DNA from: Schmidtea polychroa
Taxonomy: Eukaryota
Assembly: GCA_044892525.1 (NCBI GenBank)
Contig: CM097886.1
Location: 134,912,001 to 134,976,000, forward strand
DNA length: 64,000 bases
Reading direction: 5' to 3'
Below the pieces are notes generated by a model. That model was not told the DNA's origin, searched no databases, and saw only the letters and a program-made list of their open reading frames with translations. Position 1 is the first letter of the stretch; the number at the start of each line of letters is the position of its first letter. Below are positions 24,014 to 37,909 of this stretch, in pieces. Made by a program: the position numbers and the translations under genes.

Positions 24014-25637
24014 GTAACACAATTTTTGTAATTAAAAAGCAAATTTTTACAAATTCTTATTTAACTTCACTTGTTTAGTAGGTAGTTAATTAGACTTTTG
24101 TTTAGTTTGGGCCAAATTATCTAATTATAACGCATTTACACATATTTTATTGGCTTGAAATTTTGCGTATAAATGCAATTCCCAATACAATAAGATATTT
24201 AACTTTTATTATGCAGTGAAAATAAAATCAAATATTATTGTTGTTAAATTTTACATAATTATATTATTTTTTCATAATATTTATATTTAAAGTAATATAA
24301 ATTACACGTTTCCAAAAGACTCAAAAAAGAAAATAATATGTAAATAAAAATTAATTTTAAAAACAAACTTCTATTCGAACTTATTTGACTTAACATTATT
24401 TTTACTGTATAAAAAATACGAAAAATTCACTTTTTTGTATAAGAAAACTGAACCATCTGAAAACACCTACAAAAAATTTCCAAACGAATTGAAACTATAA
24501 AATCAGACTTTTTTTATCTTTATAACAACTATAGAAACCAACAAAAAGTTTTTTTGCTTCAGTAGCAGGATAGGCCTTCAGTATGGTCCAATGGCAATTT
24601 ATGGCACATAATGGAAAATGTAAATTTTACATTAATTAACTTTATTTAGCTTTAAATAAGAAATGTTATTTGAATTTAAAAATTTCCATTATTTGATTTT
24701 TTAGTTGAGCGGATATGCCACCGAAACGAGGTCGTGATTTTGGCAGAAAATATAAAAGTGGCAATGAAAACAAAAAACTATAAGCAACACAAGAAAGCCA
24801 AATTAAGGAATTAACACAATCTCAATAAATTTCTTGTACAACAACATCAAAGTTCATCAACATCGTCAACTTCTAAAGAATACAAAGATGCAGCAACTTA
24901 TGAAAATAACACAGAGTCTAGTATCGATACTTCTGATGTTGGAATTGTTGATACTTTTCAGATTACAGGGACACTGATATTTGCAACTGCAAATGAAGAA
25001 ACAGAAGAGTTAGTTGGTTTGATTAATATAAATGATGATTTTAGTGATCCACCAACTTGGCCAGAACATTTGAATGCAGACACTCGTTCTACAATTGTTT
25101 GCAATGGACCAAAACAAATTGAAGAAAAATATTTTCCAGCAGATAGCAATAGACGGAAATTTTCTACAACCTACTGCAAACGACATATGGAAAATGGAGA
25201 AGTTGTCAACCGAAAATGTCTTATATATTCAGCAGCTAAGAACAAAATGTTTTGTTTCTGTTGCAAAATTTTGGCAAAATTTTGGCAACACTTTGTCTGC
25301 CCTAGGATCCAACGAGATTTGTGACTGGAAAAATGTCAGTGTGAGACTCTGATCATGAGAAATCAAAGGGACATATGACATCTACTTTGGAATGGTTCGA
25401 GCTGGAAAGTAGGCTAACAAAACGATGCACAATTGACAAATAGAGCCAAAAATTAATAAACAACGAAAAGGCTCGTTGGCATAGTGTATTTCAACACCTA
25501 ATGGCCATTGTCAAATTTCTTTCTGAGGACAACATGGGTTTTCGTAGTTCAATCGATAAACTACATAAGGCACACAATGGAAACTTTTGATTTTGAAAAA
25601 TTTGATCCGGTTTTGCAGGAACATATACGAAGAATAC

Positions 25638-26860
25638 GGTAATACTTAAGTTTTGGGGGGGGGGGGGCTGAATTCAATTTGCCAATTACAATTAATTGAT
25701 AAATATATCAAATCAGTAATATTGACAGGAATTGTATTTTTAATAGTACATTTTAATAGTACGTATTAAATAGTACATAAAACATTTAAAAGTACATTTA
25801 AACATAAAACACAATCCGGAATAATTTTAACTAAAGTACGACTTTAATACATCAACAAATAAGGTAAATTGATCAAGCAAATGAACACTTCTAACACTTC
25901 GATTGTACATAAACGTACCGAGATATTCAAAAAGATGCTCCCTTTTTACTGGGCTGGGCAGAAAGGTTTTCAGAGACCTCCACGCACGTTTAATTGTTTG
26001 AGTATGAATAGACCGATCAACTGGATCAACAAAATAATATTTGTGATTTACTGTGAAATGGACATATCCAAGTTCGTTCAAATGCCAGTACCCACGCCAC
26101 ATATCCGTTATAATCCGTGTACCCGGGCGAATATTGTTGCGTATTATATCTTCTAAATTTTCACGGTTTCGACAAACAGTTGATTTCAAGAATACCTCGC
26201 CGGTTTCTCTGCAAATACCGCCTACTATCCACACCGACTGCATTGCTAATACCCGGCCAACATTATATTTCCTTTTTATTAGATGAGTTTCATCAATTTC
26301 AACAGTATATCCTTCACCGCCGATCAAATTCAATCTGTTGTCCATAATTTTAAGCGTTGCCGCTCTTCTGAAAATTTTGAACCATGAAATTGCGGTTGGT
26401 TCACTTATACGACACTGAATCGACGCGAATCCAACACGAAAATTATGGGTGAAGAAATATGATAGTTGAAGCAATTGGGCGATTGAAATGTGAATACCAT
26501 CAAAAATGGAATTCAGGAAGATGCTTCGTGACTGACTACACGTTCTCCTTCCACATCGGAAGCGTCCATCTGCTCCGTGGCAAGTTTTCCCCTTTTCAAA
26601 ATTCATATTTGCGCCACAAATGTAACATGGTCTCTGAGCAATACTCAGCAATCCAAGCTCTATGGCTAATCCGAAAGCTTTTTCTGGAGAGGAGGTTTTT
26701 TCACCCAATTCGAAGATATTCATGGGTTTTTTTTCTTTTTTCATGCTTTATTTCTTTTGGTTGTTAATGATTCTAGTCAATATATTTATCAATATATTTA
26801 TCAATTAATTGTAATTGGCAAATTGAATTCAGCCCCCCCCCCCAAAACTTAAGTATTACC
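25638..26860 (-). mobile_element. Merlin (IS1595/ISXO2-like) DNA transposon
   Basis: ~71-bp TIRs GGTAATACTTAAGTTTT(G)11-13CTGAATTCAATTTGCC...; encloses one transposase ORF; no TSD seen. Confidence 0.92.
25827..26744 (-). CDS. Merlin/ISXO2-type transposase, 305 aa, open but with TIK where TIE is expected
   Basis: N-terminal CxxC...CxxxxC zinc ribbon; VEIDETHL, WIVGGICRETG, ITDMWRGY, TVNH and HTQTIKRAW motifs. Confidence 0.88.
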   Translation of the reverse strand: MKKEKKPMNIFELGEKTSSPEKAFGLAIELGLLSIAQRPCYICGANMNFEKGKTCHGADGRFRCGRRTCSQSRSIFLNSIFDGIHISIAQLLQLSYFFTHNFRVGFASIQCRISEPTAISWFKIFRRAATLKIMDNRLNLIGGEGYTVEIDETHLIKRKYNVGRVLAMQSVWIVGGICRETGEVFLKSTVCRNRENLEDIIRNNIRPGTRIITDMWRGYWHLNELGYVHFTVNHKYYFVDPVDRSIHTQTIKRAWRSLKTFLPSPVKREHLFEYLGTFMYNRSVRSVHLLDQFTLFVDVLKSYFS

Positions 26861-27597
26861 AAGTTTCGCATTGATTTTTTAAACCAGATTGTTGATGTTG
26901 CAATCATGTCGATTGACAGTCGATTTGAAAGACTACGAATGCATCATAACTTGTTTGGATTTCTTTATAAATTTCATCAATTACAAAAAAATCATCTACT
27001 GAATCTGGAGAAAAAGCTCACAGCCTGCGAAAGTAAAGATCTTGATGGNNNNNNNNNNNNNNNNNNNNNNNNNNNNNNNNNNNNNNNNNNNNNNNNNNNN
27101 NNNNNNNNNNNNNNNNNNNNNNNNNNNNNNNNNNNNNNNNNNNNNNNNNNNNNNNNNNNNNNNNNNNNNNNNNNNNNNNNNNNNNNNNNNNNNNNNNNNN
27201 NNNNNNNNNNNNNNNNNNNNNNNNNNNNNNNNNNNNNNNNNNNNNNNNNNNNNTGTTCATTTTTCGAAATTTTTCAATATCGGTTCATTTTTAGTGAAAT
27301 TTGACGAATGAAATCGCATTTCGTGATAAAGTGGTAAATTATTTTTCATTTTATAATTACGAGAAATATATTTTTATTACCAGGTTTCAGCGGAATTTTC
27401 TCGTTGCATTATTAAATAATTAGATTTAATTTCACNNNNNNNNNNNNNNNNNNNNNNNNNNNNNNNNNNNNNNNNNNNNNNNNNNNNNNNNNNNNNNNNN
27501 NNNNNNNNNNNNNNNNNNNNNNNNNNNNNNNNNNNNNNNNNNNNNNNNNNNNNNNNNNNNNNNNNNNNNNNNNNNNNNNNNNNNNNNNNNNNNNNNN

Positions 27598-30500
27598 TCA
27601 CACAAAACCAATTTAACAAAATATTAATTTTGCTTAAATAATTAAAAATTGTGATAAAATAAATTTTTGAATTTTGTTATATCATTATGTCAAATCATAA
27701 CATTGGCGACTACGCGTCAATTCAACAACATTCAGAAGATGCTATTTTGCGAGTTTCAATCAAACAATGACCATTCTACAGAAATAATCCAGCTCTATGG
27801 TTCAGACAACTAGAATCCCAATTCAAATTGTCTAAAATACCTAATGATTCGACGAAATTTCATCACCTTATGGCTTACCTTCCAGAAGATATCGTCGTCA
27901 ATATTCCAGAGACAGTTAATGAATCTTACCAATGCATCAAAGGAATTATTATGAAGAATTTTGCCAAGGCACTGACAAAATGTATTGAGTACGCACTTGG
28001 AAAATTTAATCTAGACGATTTAAAGCCCACAACACGTCTTCAGAGTATTAGTAAGGCGTTCACAGAAGCCAAAATAAAGGACCAACGATTATTGCGACCC
28101 AAGTTTATTGAACCTCTCCCAAAGGATATTAAGCTCATAATCACAAGTTTTCAAGAAAAATCTACAGAAGAATTGGATGCAATAGCGGACGGGATGATAG
28201 CAGGTATGGCAAATGAAACAACATATTCGAATGACAATTTTAAAATCCAGGCATTAATGGATAAAATCGTGCAATTAAAAGAAAAAATATTCCATTTAAA
28301 GGAAACTCTCAAGAAATCGAAAAGCCTTTGTTTCTATCACACTAAATATAGGTAAAACGCCAGGAAATGTGAAAAACTGAAAGATGGATCACAATGTGCT
28401 TTATTATATGAAACCTTTATATATACCGGGAAATGGATAAACGCTTCGAAATTAACCACCATCAAAGCGTGTATTCAAAAGCGTTGTACAGTAAATCAAA
28501 TTTTTATTTTTAATAATAAAGACAAATTTTTAGTGGAAACAGGAGCATCTGTTTCATGCTTGCCACGAAAATATTTCAAGCCAGAGATTACGTGCTCATC
28601 TCGACTTACAGCGGCTAATAGTACTCCAATAAAATATTATGGGGATAGGAATATTGATCTATGAATCGATGACGAAACAATTAATTGGGTTTTCCATGTA
28701 TGCGATGTATGACATCCTATTCTTGGTGTAGATTTTCTAGCAGCACATCATGCTTTAATCGACAAGTTAAAAAGAGTTTCAATTAATTCGATAGTTGATA
28801 ATAATCTGTTGAATTACTTCAACAAACCAGAATGTAGTGCCAAGATCACAACACAACATGACATTGTTTTAAATGATATCGTCAGATCATTTCCAGCAAG
28901 ACGATTATATGGCGACAAATTAAAAGCTGCCAAAGATTGGTTTAAAAAAATGGTAGGCAAACTCGCCAATTTCTTCTTCACTAGTCGTTGTAGATCAAAA
29001 TGGAAAATACAGATTTTTCGGTGAATAAAGAAATGTGAATACAGCAACATCCCTAATAGATATGCAATTCCAAGAATCGAGGATATATTGCAAATTGTGA
29101 GAAAAGGCGTATTTACAAATTCCAAAGAACGAAATAGACATTCCAAAAACAGCAATAACTACCCCGTTTGGTATATACGAATTCCTTTTTATGCCATTTG
29201 GATTTCGAAATGCCCCATAGACTTTCCAAAGAACATTTGACGCGATACTGCGGAAATTTCCATTCGCAAGACCATACTTGGATGATGTAATTATTGCATC
29301 AGACACAGAAGAAGAACATGACAACCATTTAAAAATAATAGCAAATGGATTAAATAAAGCTGGATTGTTAATTAATGTAGGAAAATGCAAAATTATGCAA
29401 TCTGAAGTAGATTTTTTGGGCCATCACATATCAAGAACTGGAATTTGTTCTTTTGAAATTAAAATTACAATTAAAAATTATAAATTGCCAGAAACAACAA
29501 AACAACTAAGAAGATTTTTAGGTATAATTAATTTTTTTTAACCGATTCATTTCAGAGTCTGCAAATAAATTGGAATTACTATATAAACTCATCAATTCTA
29601 AATCCAAAAAGATAATTTGGACGGTGGAAAGTCTAAAATGTTTTGATGAAGCTAAACAATTATTACAAAAAAACTATTAAACTCACGTTATTTCATGAAT
29701 TAGAACCTACCACCTTGAGAACAGATGCCTCAGGATCAGGTATTGGAGCAGTACTGGAGCAAAACAAGCGACCAATATCATTTTTAGCCGACTGTTAACG
29801 AAGACAGAATCTAGATACAGGTCATACGACAGAGAATTACTTTTAATATACAAAGCTTGCAAGGACTTCCGTCATTTCCTCGAAGCCACTGAATTTGTGA
29901 TACAGACGGATAACAAACCAAAAGACCCAAGCAACAGACAATGGAGACATCTCCAATATATTCACGAATTTCAATGCAAGATAGTTTACTGCCATCGAAA
30001 TAAAAATCAAGTTGCTAATGAACTCTCTAGATCAGGCGTTCGATTAGTTTTAGAAAACGTTTACCCGTGGCCAAATGAGATACTACAAAAGCAGAAATGA
30101 GAGATGAAGCATAATAAAGATAAATTATTAATGAAGAATGGGAAATTAATATTACCTCCGAGTCTCAGAAGAGAAGTTTTCAGATGATTCACAATGTCGC
30201 TCATCCAGAAATATGAAGGACCAAAAGATTGATATTGAGCTCATATACATGGCAGAAGATGACAAAGGATGTCCAGATGTGGTCTCAGCAATGTGATTCC
30301 TGCTCAAAATAAAAGGTATATCGTCATATCAAAGTACCATTGCAAACCTTCCCATCAGCTAGTCGGTTTAATACACTTCACACGGATATTGTTGGACCTC
30401 TTCCAGCAAATAACGGTAAGTCCTATTTACTAACAATGATCGATAGACAAACATCATGGCCTGAGACATTATCCATTAAAAATATAGATTCAGAAACCGT

Positions 30501-31256
30501 GGCAAAATCACTAATTGTAGTGTGGATTTCCCGTAATGGAATCCCATCTAAAATCGTAACAGATCTTGGTAGGCAATTTACAAGCTCTATATTCCAGTAT
30601 ATATGCAACGTTCTTGGAATAAATACAAATCAAACAGTCGCTTATCATTCCCAAGCCAATGGAAAAGTAGAAAGATTCCATCGGGCACTAAAATTTCAAG
30701 TTATGGTTTCAATGGATAAAACTAATAAAATATGGATTGACGTTTTACCTCAGGTACTGTTAACGATAAGGAACAGTCCCGATTCAACAGGTTACTCTCC
30801 GGCACAGAAAGCATTTAGATGTGATCTTGCTGTACCCGGAATTATCTTTAATTCCCAAAAGAAGCTTCTCCAAATCAATTAAAAGAATTATTGAGAGCTT
30901 CAGAATAATCGAAAGACCATTGCAAGATGGTATGACGATCAAAAAATCTATTAAGGACTGTGAATTCGTTTACATAAGAAAAGATGTACGGAAATCAATA
31001 AAAGCTCCATATATAGGCCCGTTTCGTGTATTAGAAAAGCAACCAAAATATTTCAAGTTATCGAATGGGGAGAATGAATCAGTTGATCGTCTAAAACCAG
31101 CATGGCAATCAAATTAGAAGGGGAGAATTGTTGTGATTAGAAAAGCATTAATCACACAAAACCAATTTAACAAAATATTAATTTTGTTTAAATAATTAAA
31201 AATTATAATAAAATAAATATTTGAATTTTGTTGTATCATTATGTCAAATCATATTA
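27598..31256 (+). mobile_element. Degenerate Gypsy/Ty3 LTR retrotransposon (CsRn1-like gag) with ~128-bp LTRs
   Basis: The 5' LTR ends ...CATAACA at 27702, followed by a PBS-like TGGCGACTACG. Gag PFYRNNPALWFRQLESQF, protease FLVETGAS, RT PYLDDVII, RNase H TDASGSGIGAVL and integrase LHTDIVGPLP are present with many stops and frameshifts. PPT AGAAGGGGAGAA precedes the 3' LTR starting TG at 31129. Confidence 0.92.
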
Positions 31257-31737
31257 TTATTTTACAAAAATATCTAATAATATTTGATAGTTAAACGAAT
31301 ACATGAAATATCGTGTTGAATATTTTAATAACAGTTTTTTAAGGATTCGTTCATGCTCATTTGAATCCATATAATTAAAAATTATTTTATTTCTGAAATT
31401 TTCTGAATTGTGTTTGTGAATATGTATCAAAGAGACATGGGAATATATCAATGTGAAAATTAATTATTAGTGATAGTTGGTTGATTATCAGGCAAAATAT
31501 AAGTTTACCAATAAACATTTTCATATCAAATAAGACAATATTCAGATGTTTATTAGGTATCATCATCATCATCATTTACGACAGGCAGAGATTTGAATTG
31601 TATGCCAATAATTCACTTAATTGAACTTGTTGATCTTCTCTAACTTCAAATTCTTAAGTCTGCTGGTCTGGGAATCTGAATAACTGTAAATGAGACATAA
31701 ACATTTTGTTTACAGTTAAACTATATTCCATAAGGTC

Positions 31738-31860
31738 TAGGCTTACCAACTCTCCAGTTTTTGCCGGAAGTCTCCCGGAATCGGCTTTCGTCTTCCGTCT
31801 CCCGGTTAACTATGACCCGGGAGATGTAAATCTCCCGTCTTTCCGTTTTTACAATATTTT
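31738..31860 (+). mobile_element. hAT-like terminus with subterminal CCGG repeats (partner end not found)
   Basis: TAGGCTTACCAACT followed by several CTCCCGG/CTCCCGT motifs. Confidence 0.5.
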
Positions 31861-33071
31861 ACAATTTTTCAAGAAAAAAGTGCAGTTTTTGAAGTTTTAA
31901 CTTTTATTTGATTTCTCTAAAATAATGATAGTCAAGATTTATTTTTGCTCACAGTCACCGGAAGTTTAAGTTGTTTGTTGCGGCGATCGATTTTATGTTT
32001 TTCTTCTTACCCACGTTATTAGTCTTTCACTGTCAGGTTTTTCTCACTTTTAAAATGTAAAAAATGTAAAATGTAATATGTAAAAATAATTGTTTTCACT
32101 AACATGTGTAAACCAAAAAAGTGAAAAAACACTTGTTATCTTAAGCGTTATACTCTCCATCACAGTTACTTGTCGGATCTTTACCATTTTTATCAAACCA
32201 ATTAATATTTTTTGACAATATTCTTACGTTGGAAGAATTGGACATTGCTAGAGATCACTTTCTTTTGACATATAGCAATCAACAGTTTTCATATGTTTCG
32301 TCGTACACATATAATATTTCAAAGACTTTCAAGGACTCCAAACACGGCTAGATTGTTAATATAACGGATTCGGGCGTCAAGCCAAAATATTCCGGTCCTT
32401 GAAAAGTAATATGAATTCTAGACAACAATGCACGTATCATCGTCAACGAGACAATCCAGACTATAAATTTGTGCCGATTCGAAGAAGACTTTCATCATTT
32501 CTGACAATGTAAAAGACGACGAACCTAAGTCTGGTTTAGGGCATGTTCCTTTTGAAACCTTTCCAGTTAAACCTACCACTAGTCTCCAATAAAATTTCGC
32601 GTTTTTCAGTATATGCAATTTCAGTTGTGACAACATTTGAACTTCGTTCAATTCTTTCCAGACATAACAGTAAGCAACCAATGTATCATGTACCACAGCG
32701 ATAAAATATGGGTTCCCCAAAATTAGTGACGATCCTTCCAAACCTGCAAGATAAACTCAAGTTTATTCTAACATGAATTTATTATTAGTGAGGGAATAAT
32801 TAATTTTATTGAAAGAATGTGTCAAATAATTGCCTAATATTTTTGTTTTGTCAACTTATTGCCAGCTTTTGTGCTAATTGGAATTTAGTTTTTCCATTTA
32901 CTAATTGTAAGTTATGGTTCTTTTTCTCAATACCCATACCACTAAAAGATTAATACACATTTTGGTGAAATAAATACAATTTACTAGCATATATGTGTTG
33001 ATTCTCATTTAATTTTAAAATTTTCTAAAAGTTTAAAAAATTCTGGTGATCTATTTTAAAATATGATATTA

Positions 33072-33340
33072 CAAGTAAATTTCGATGGTTCGACATTTTA
33101 TGGTTCGACAGCAAGATCGTTCGCCCACCTAAAATACCATGATGATGAACCATCGAGCGGTTTTAATAGTAATATTTTATTGGCAACTATAAAAAATATT
33201 TTCAAATATGAGTTCATGCATAAAACTTAACTTTTTATATGAGTTAGCTTGTTCTCTAGAGCTCAATATTTTTAAAAATATTTATTTATTCCTGAATGAA
33301 ATGGTTTTAAATTAAAATGTCGAACCATCGAATGTAATTG
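33072..33340. mobile_element. Old Tigger/pogo-like MITE
   Basis: Inverted TTCGATGGTTCGACATTTT / AAAATGTCGAACCATCGAA; outer ends are decayed. Confidence 0.5.
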
Positions 33341-33719
33341 ATTTATTTTTAACGCTGATGATTTAGGGGTGTCGAAAATTCGAAATNNNNNNNNNNNNNN
33401 NNNNNNNNNNNNNNNNNNNNNNNNNNNNNNNNNNNNNNNNNNNNNNNNNNNNNNNNNNNNNNNNNNNNNNNNNNNNNNNNNNNNNNNNNNNNNNNNNNNN
33501 NNNNNNNNNNNNNNNNNNNNNNNNNNNNNNNNNNNNNNNNNNNNNNNNNNNNNNNNNNNNNNNNNNNNNNNNNNTTTATTAAAAAATCTTGACTATGAAT
33601 CAGTAAATATATCAAAAACATCGATTTATTTACTGATTCATAGTGAAGCTTTTTAATAAATACAATGTCAATGGAAAAGAAATCTGTGGTGAAATTTGAA
33701 AAAAAAACAGTTCTTTTAA

Positions 33720-33783
<64 letters not shown>

Positions 33784-34309
33784 TGTATTATTATTATAAA
33801 TGATTGCTACCGGCATCAATGTGTCTATAAAATGCACAATTGAATAAATGATCCAGTTTATTATTAACTTGATCAAATCATATTGAAATGGAGTTCATGG
33901 AAAAATGAAAATGTTTACATAATTGCAGCTGAATTTCCGACATCAGGAATTGTTTGAACACAATTTATTAACCACAATAATTATCCAATCTTTCTGATCC
34001 ATATTAATAATAAATTATTTTACCTTCATAAAAGAGAATTCAAGATTACTTCAAGATATCCAAAATTAATTTCCTATTTTCGAAATTCATTGGTAATGAC
34101 ATGAAATTTACTGTTGGATACTTTTGTTTTGGTTTAAATATCACTTCATTTAATTATTTCCTTTTTAAAAACAGTCTAAAACGTAATTAGGGTAAATTCT
34201 AACTTTTCGAGAGAAGGAAATGATTTGTCATATCTACCAACGAAGACTTAAAATACTGACATCTTCATTTATTAGGAAGTCAAAAACTCTCAAATCTTTT
34301 AGCAACTTA

Positions 34310-34742
34310 CCGTATATACTTGCGTATAAGTCGAAATTAAATTGGTTATAATTTGTAGTGTGAATGTGGACTGAGTGAATGAGTTCAGGTTCAATAACTC
34401 TAACAAAAGGTAGTAATTTACAGAAACCTGACATTGCACTTGCTGCTGCTTGGATAGATAAGGCTTGAAAATCAATTCCAGAATCTATGATCAAATATTC
34501 ATTCCTGAAATGTGTCATCGGTAATGCTATGGGTGGATCTGAAGATGATGCTTTATTTGTAGATCATGCAGGTGATCTGCCAGATGATGAGGCTTAATCT
34601 GAGGATAATGATTACACAGAGTACCATGTTGGAGATGTTTGAGATGAGTTCTACAATGAACTTTTTGATGATGTCAATATTTTTTGCAATAAATATCTTA
34701 AATTTCAAAATGCCACTTCGACTTATACGCGAGTGTATGCGG
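34310..34742 (+). mobile_element. Internally deleted pogo element
   Basis: TA|CCGTATATACTTGCGTATAAGTCGA...TCGACTTATACGCGAGTGTATGCGG; retains the C-terminal LTKGSNLQKPDIALAAAWIDKA*KSIPESMIKYSFLKC...GSEDDALF. Confidence 0.85.
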
Positions 34743-35752
34743 CATATTGGTTTAGATTAATCATAACTAACAGAAAAGTCTCAGTAAAAATTAAATGAAC
34801 CTCTCATTTACCAAATTGATAAACTCCACCAAAAGAAAGCAGAATAAATAACTTTCGAAATTTAAATTAAAATATCTAATAACATTAAGACTATTTCTTA
34901 AAGGAATTTATTTTAGATACAAAAAGTTAAGCATTAATTTGAACTAACATTTAAAAAATTCCAAAAGTAGAGTTAATCGCTTTGAGATGTGAATGGCCGG
35001 AAAAGTCGGTTAAATTATTTGTACAGTTGTCAGATTGAATAATAAACATTGATTTCATTGCGCTGAAATTGATATTCAAATTATGAATAATAATTTTTGT
35101 AAAATATTTCAAGTAAAATATTTATAAAATTGATTCCTGTAAAAATTTCTGTTAATTTAAATTAGTTATTTGCCATTCTAACGAACCCTTTATCTTCCTG
35201 CTATTAGAATAATGAAAAATAAATATTTACATTTATTAATTTAAACAAAAGATAACGAAGAAACAATTATTGTTTAGGTTGATTTATTGTTTACATCTTT
35301 TTAAAGTCATTTTATTATCATCATCTTCATTAATTTTATTTTATTTAGAGCCTCTTAGCATCACAATATAGTTTTTAAATTGTATAAATGATTATAAATA
35401 AATATATAATATTAATATTTACTACAAGGAAAGTATTTTCATCTTACAAAGTCCACGAAAAAAAGTAGCGAACAGTAAATATTAGCGATTAACTGAAATT
35501 AATGTCTTTAATTTAAACATTTAAACCATTTAAAAAATTTTAATTATATTTTGTAAAATTTAACATTATAAGAACTTTTTCCAATTTTCACCACTGATTT
35601 CTTTTCAATTGACATTGTATTTATTAAAATGCTCGACTATGAATCAGTAAATATATCGATGTGTTTTTTGATATTCACGAATTTTCAGCACTGCCTTTTT
35701 CAAGTGATTTTGGATTAAAATTTAAGAGTATATAGAAAACGAATTCCTTAAA

Positions 35753-36460
35753 ATGACACCTAATGAAAATATAACTACTAGGAAGAAACGTGCAGCTGTA
35801 GTAGAAAAGGATATCTAACAAATTAAACTAATGAAGGAAACTAAAAAGAAAGTAAACGACATTTCAGTGGATATACTGGTCACATATTCTACAGTTTATA
35901 AGATAATGCAAAAATTGGAAATTAATGATGACGATATTATACTAGTGGTAGAATCATTTTGAAACCAAGAAGAAAAGCGAATGGTAACGTACTTTTTTTC
36001 AAGAAGAGGCTATTCACAAAAGGAAGTTGTTGAAATTTTACAAAACGAAGGAGTTTTATTAGCAAATTAAGCGTTTGTCTTATATTAAAAAAATTCAAAT
36101 TATCACGAAAACGGATAAAAATAGTTGCTGATAAAACGCTTTTCAAAGGTAGAAAAATTATTCACTTAAATTAAGAACTATTCGTTGAGATAAATTACAT
36201 TAGTAGATGAAACTGGGTTTAATTTACATACAAGCCGTCAGTGTGAATATAAACATTTTATGTAGATAAATAATCCCTGCGAATCGCCGAATCAGCTTAC
36301 TTACTATTATTAATATGAATTGCATTTCAAATACCAACATGACCAATGGCTCATTTAATAGTGAAAGGTTTCTGACGTTTTTGGAGGGGTGTAAAGAGAA
36401 AGAAATCATAACAACAAATAATTATGTCATTACTGATAGATGTTCTATCCATTTCCTTTT
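35753..36460 (+). pseudogene. IS630/Tc1-like (DDE_3) transposase remnant
   Basis: Fragments VDETGFNLHTSR and GSFNSERFLTFL...YVITDRCSIH. Confidence 0.65.
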
Positions 36461-37909
36461 TCAATGCATTTCTGATAAAGTTGATTGCATTCCTCTGTAT
36501 ATACATATACTTATCTTTTAGGTTAAAAAAAAATTTTAATGTTTGAATTGTCAAATAAACTAATTTCTTTTTATTTAAATCTTCATCATTTTCAGATATC
36601 CCATGTAAAATATCAATGATATTGTAGTGATCACAACATTATTTAAATTAAAATTATAAATGAAATTAATCGTATCCATGCGTAGATAACATTGAAAATA
36701 AAACAACTATTTATATTTTAAAATTAATTGGGATTATGATAATGTTATCACACATTCACACTTTCGTTTATTCTAATTTAATGTCATTTCAAACATCCAA
36801 TAATAACTTTTATCTTGCAAAAATAGTTCATTTTCAAATTATCAGAACCGTGAAGATTTTGAAATTAAAATCATACAATAAGACTTGAGCAATATTGATT
36901 ACTTTGATTCAGATGAGGAATTTAATTGTCTTATAATTTTATGGAATGAACACCAAACAAATTTTTGAACAAACTAAATATGAGTCTTATGATATAAAAA
37001 AGAGTAGCATTAATGAAGACAAACTTGTCAAGGGAATGTTGTCATGCATATCAGCTACCTTGAAAATGTCCATAAAATAACAATTTTCCAATAATTTTTT
37101 TCAAAGTAAAACTGTCTTTGTAAGGACATACAATTAATTCGAATAAAGAATTTATTCAAATTAACATTGCATTAAATAATTGTCATATCTTCTCCAATAA
37201 TCAATATACCAACGAAAGCACGGACACTTGATCTGGAGATTGTTGAAGATCTTGACCATCTTGACCATCATCAGAGAGATCATTGCTAATAAGACAAAGG
37301 TTTCTGTTTTTTGAATTTCTGGCATATTTGATTTATTGATTTTGACTCGATTTGATGATTGCGAAGTTAAATAATTCATTGTTTCTTTTTATATTGAATT
37401 TGATGATGTTTTTTGGAAAAAGACAGGATTATTTAAACAATCGTTTTTAATTTAATTAATTTAATAATATAATTTTAGTTCAATTATTATATTGATAAAA
37501 GTGCTAGTCAGAGGCACTACAGTCATTTTCAATACTACTAAAATACACAATATATTTGAGGAGTTATTTCACTGTCAAATATTGATATTGATTCCTAATA
37601 CATTTCATTCGCATTAACATACTAAATTTATTATTTTAAATTTTGAAACTTTTAAAATTTTTATATGTTAAATTGAAAATACTATTTTAAAAATATTTAA
37701 TTTAATTATCCTTTGAAAGCTAATATTTAATTTTTAAATAAATACTTAAAATGTATTTAAAATGCATCACTTGAAAAATATTGATATCTTTACTGATTCA
37801 TAGTCAAAGTTTTCTAATAAATGCGATGTCAATTGAAAAGAAATCAGATGTGAAAATTGAAAAAAAGTTCTTACAATATTAAAATGCATTAATAATAATT
37901 TTGATTCAG

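Larger units (their letters stand above)
24715..27048 (+). pseudogene. Decayed hAT (ZMYM1/TTF-zinc-finger type) transposase interrupted by Merlin
   Basis: MPPKRGRDFGRKYKSGNE...DPPTWPEHLN...NRKCLIYSAAKNKMFCFCCK...FDPVLQEHIRRI | Merlin | KFRIDFLNQIVDVAIMSIDSRFERL. Confidence 0.85.
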
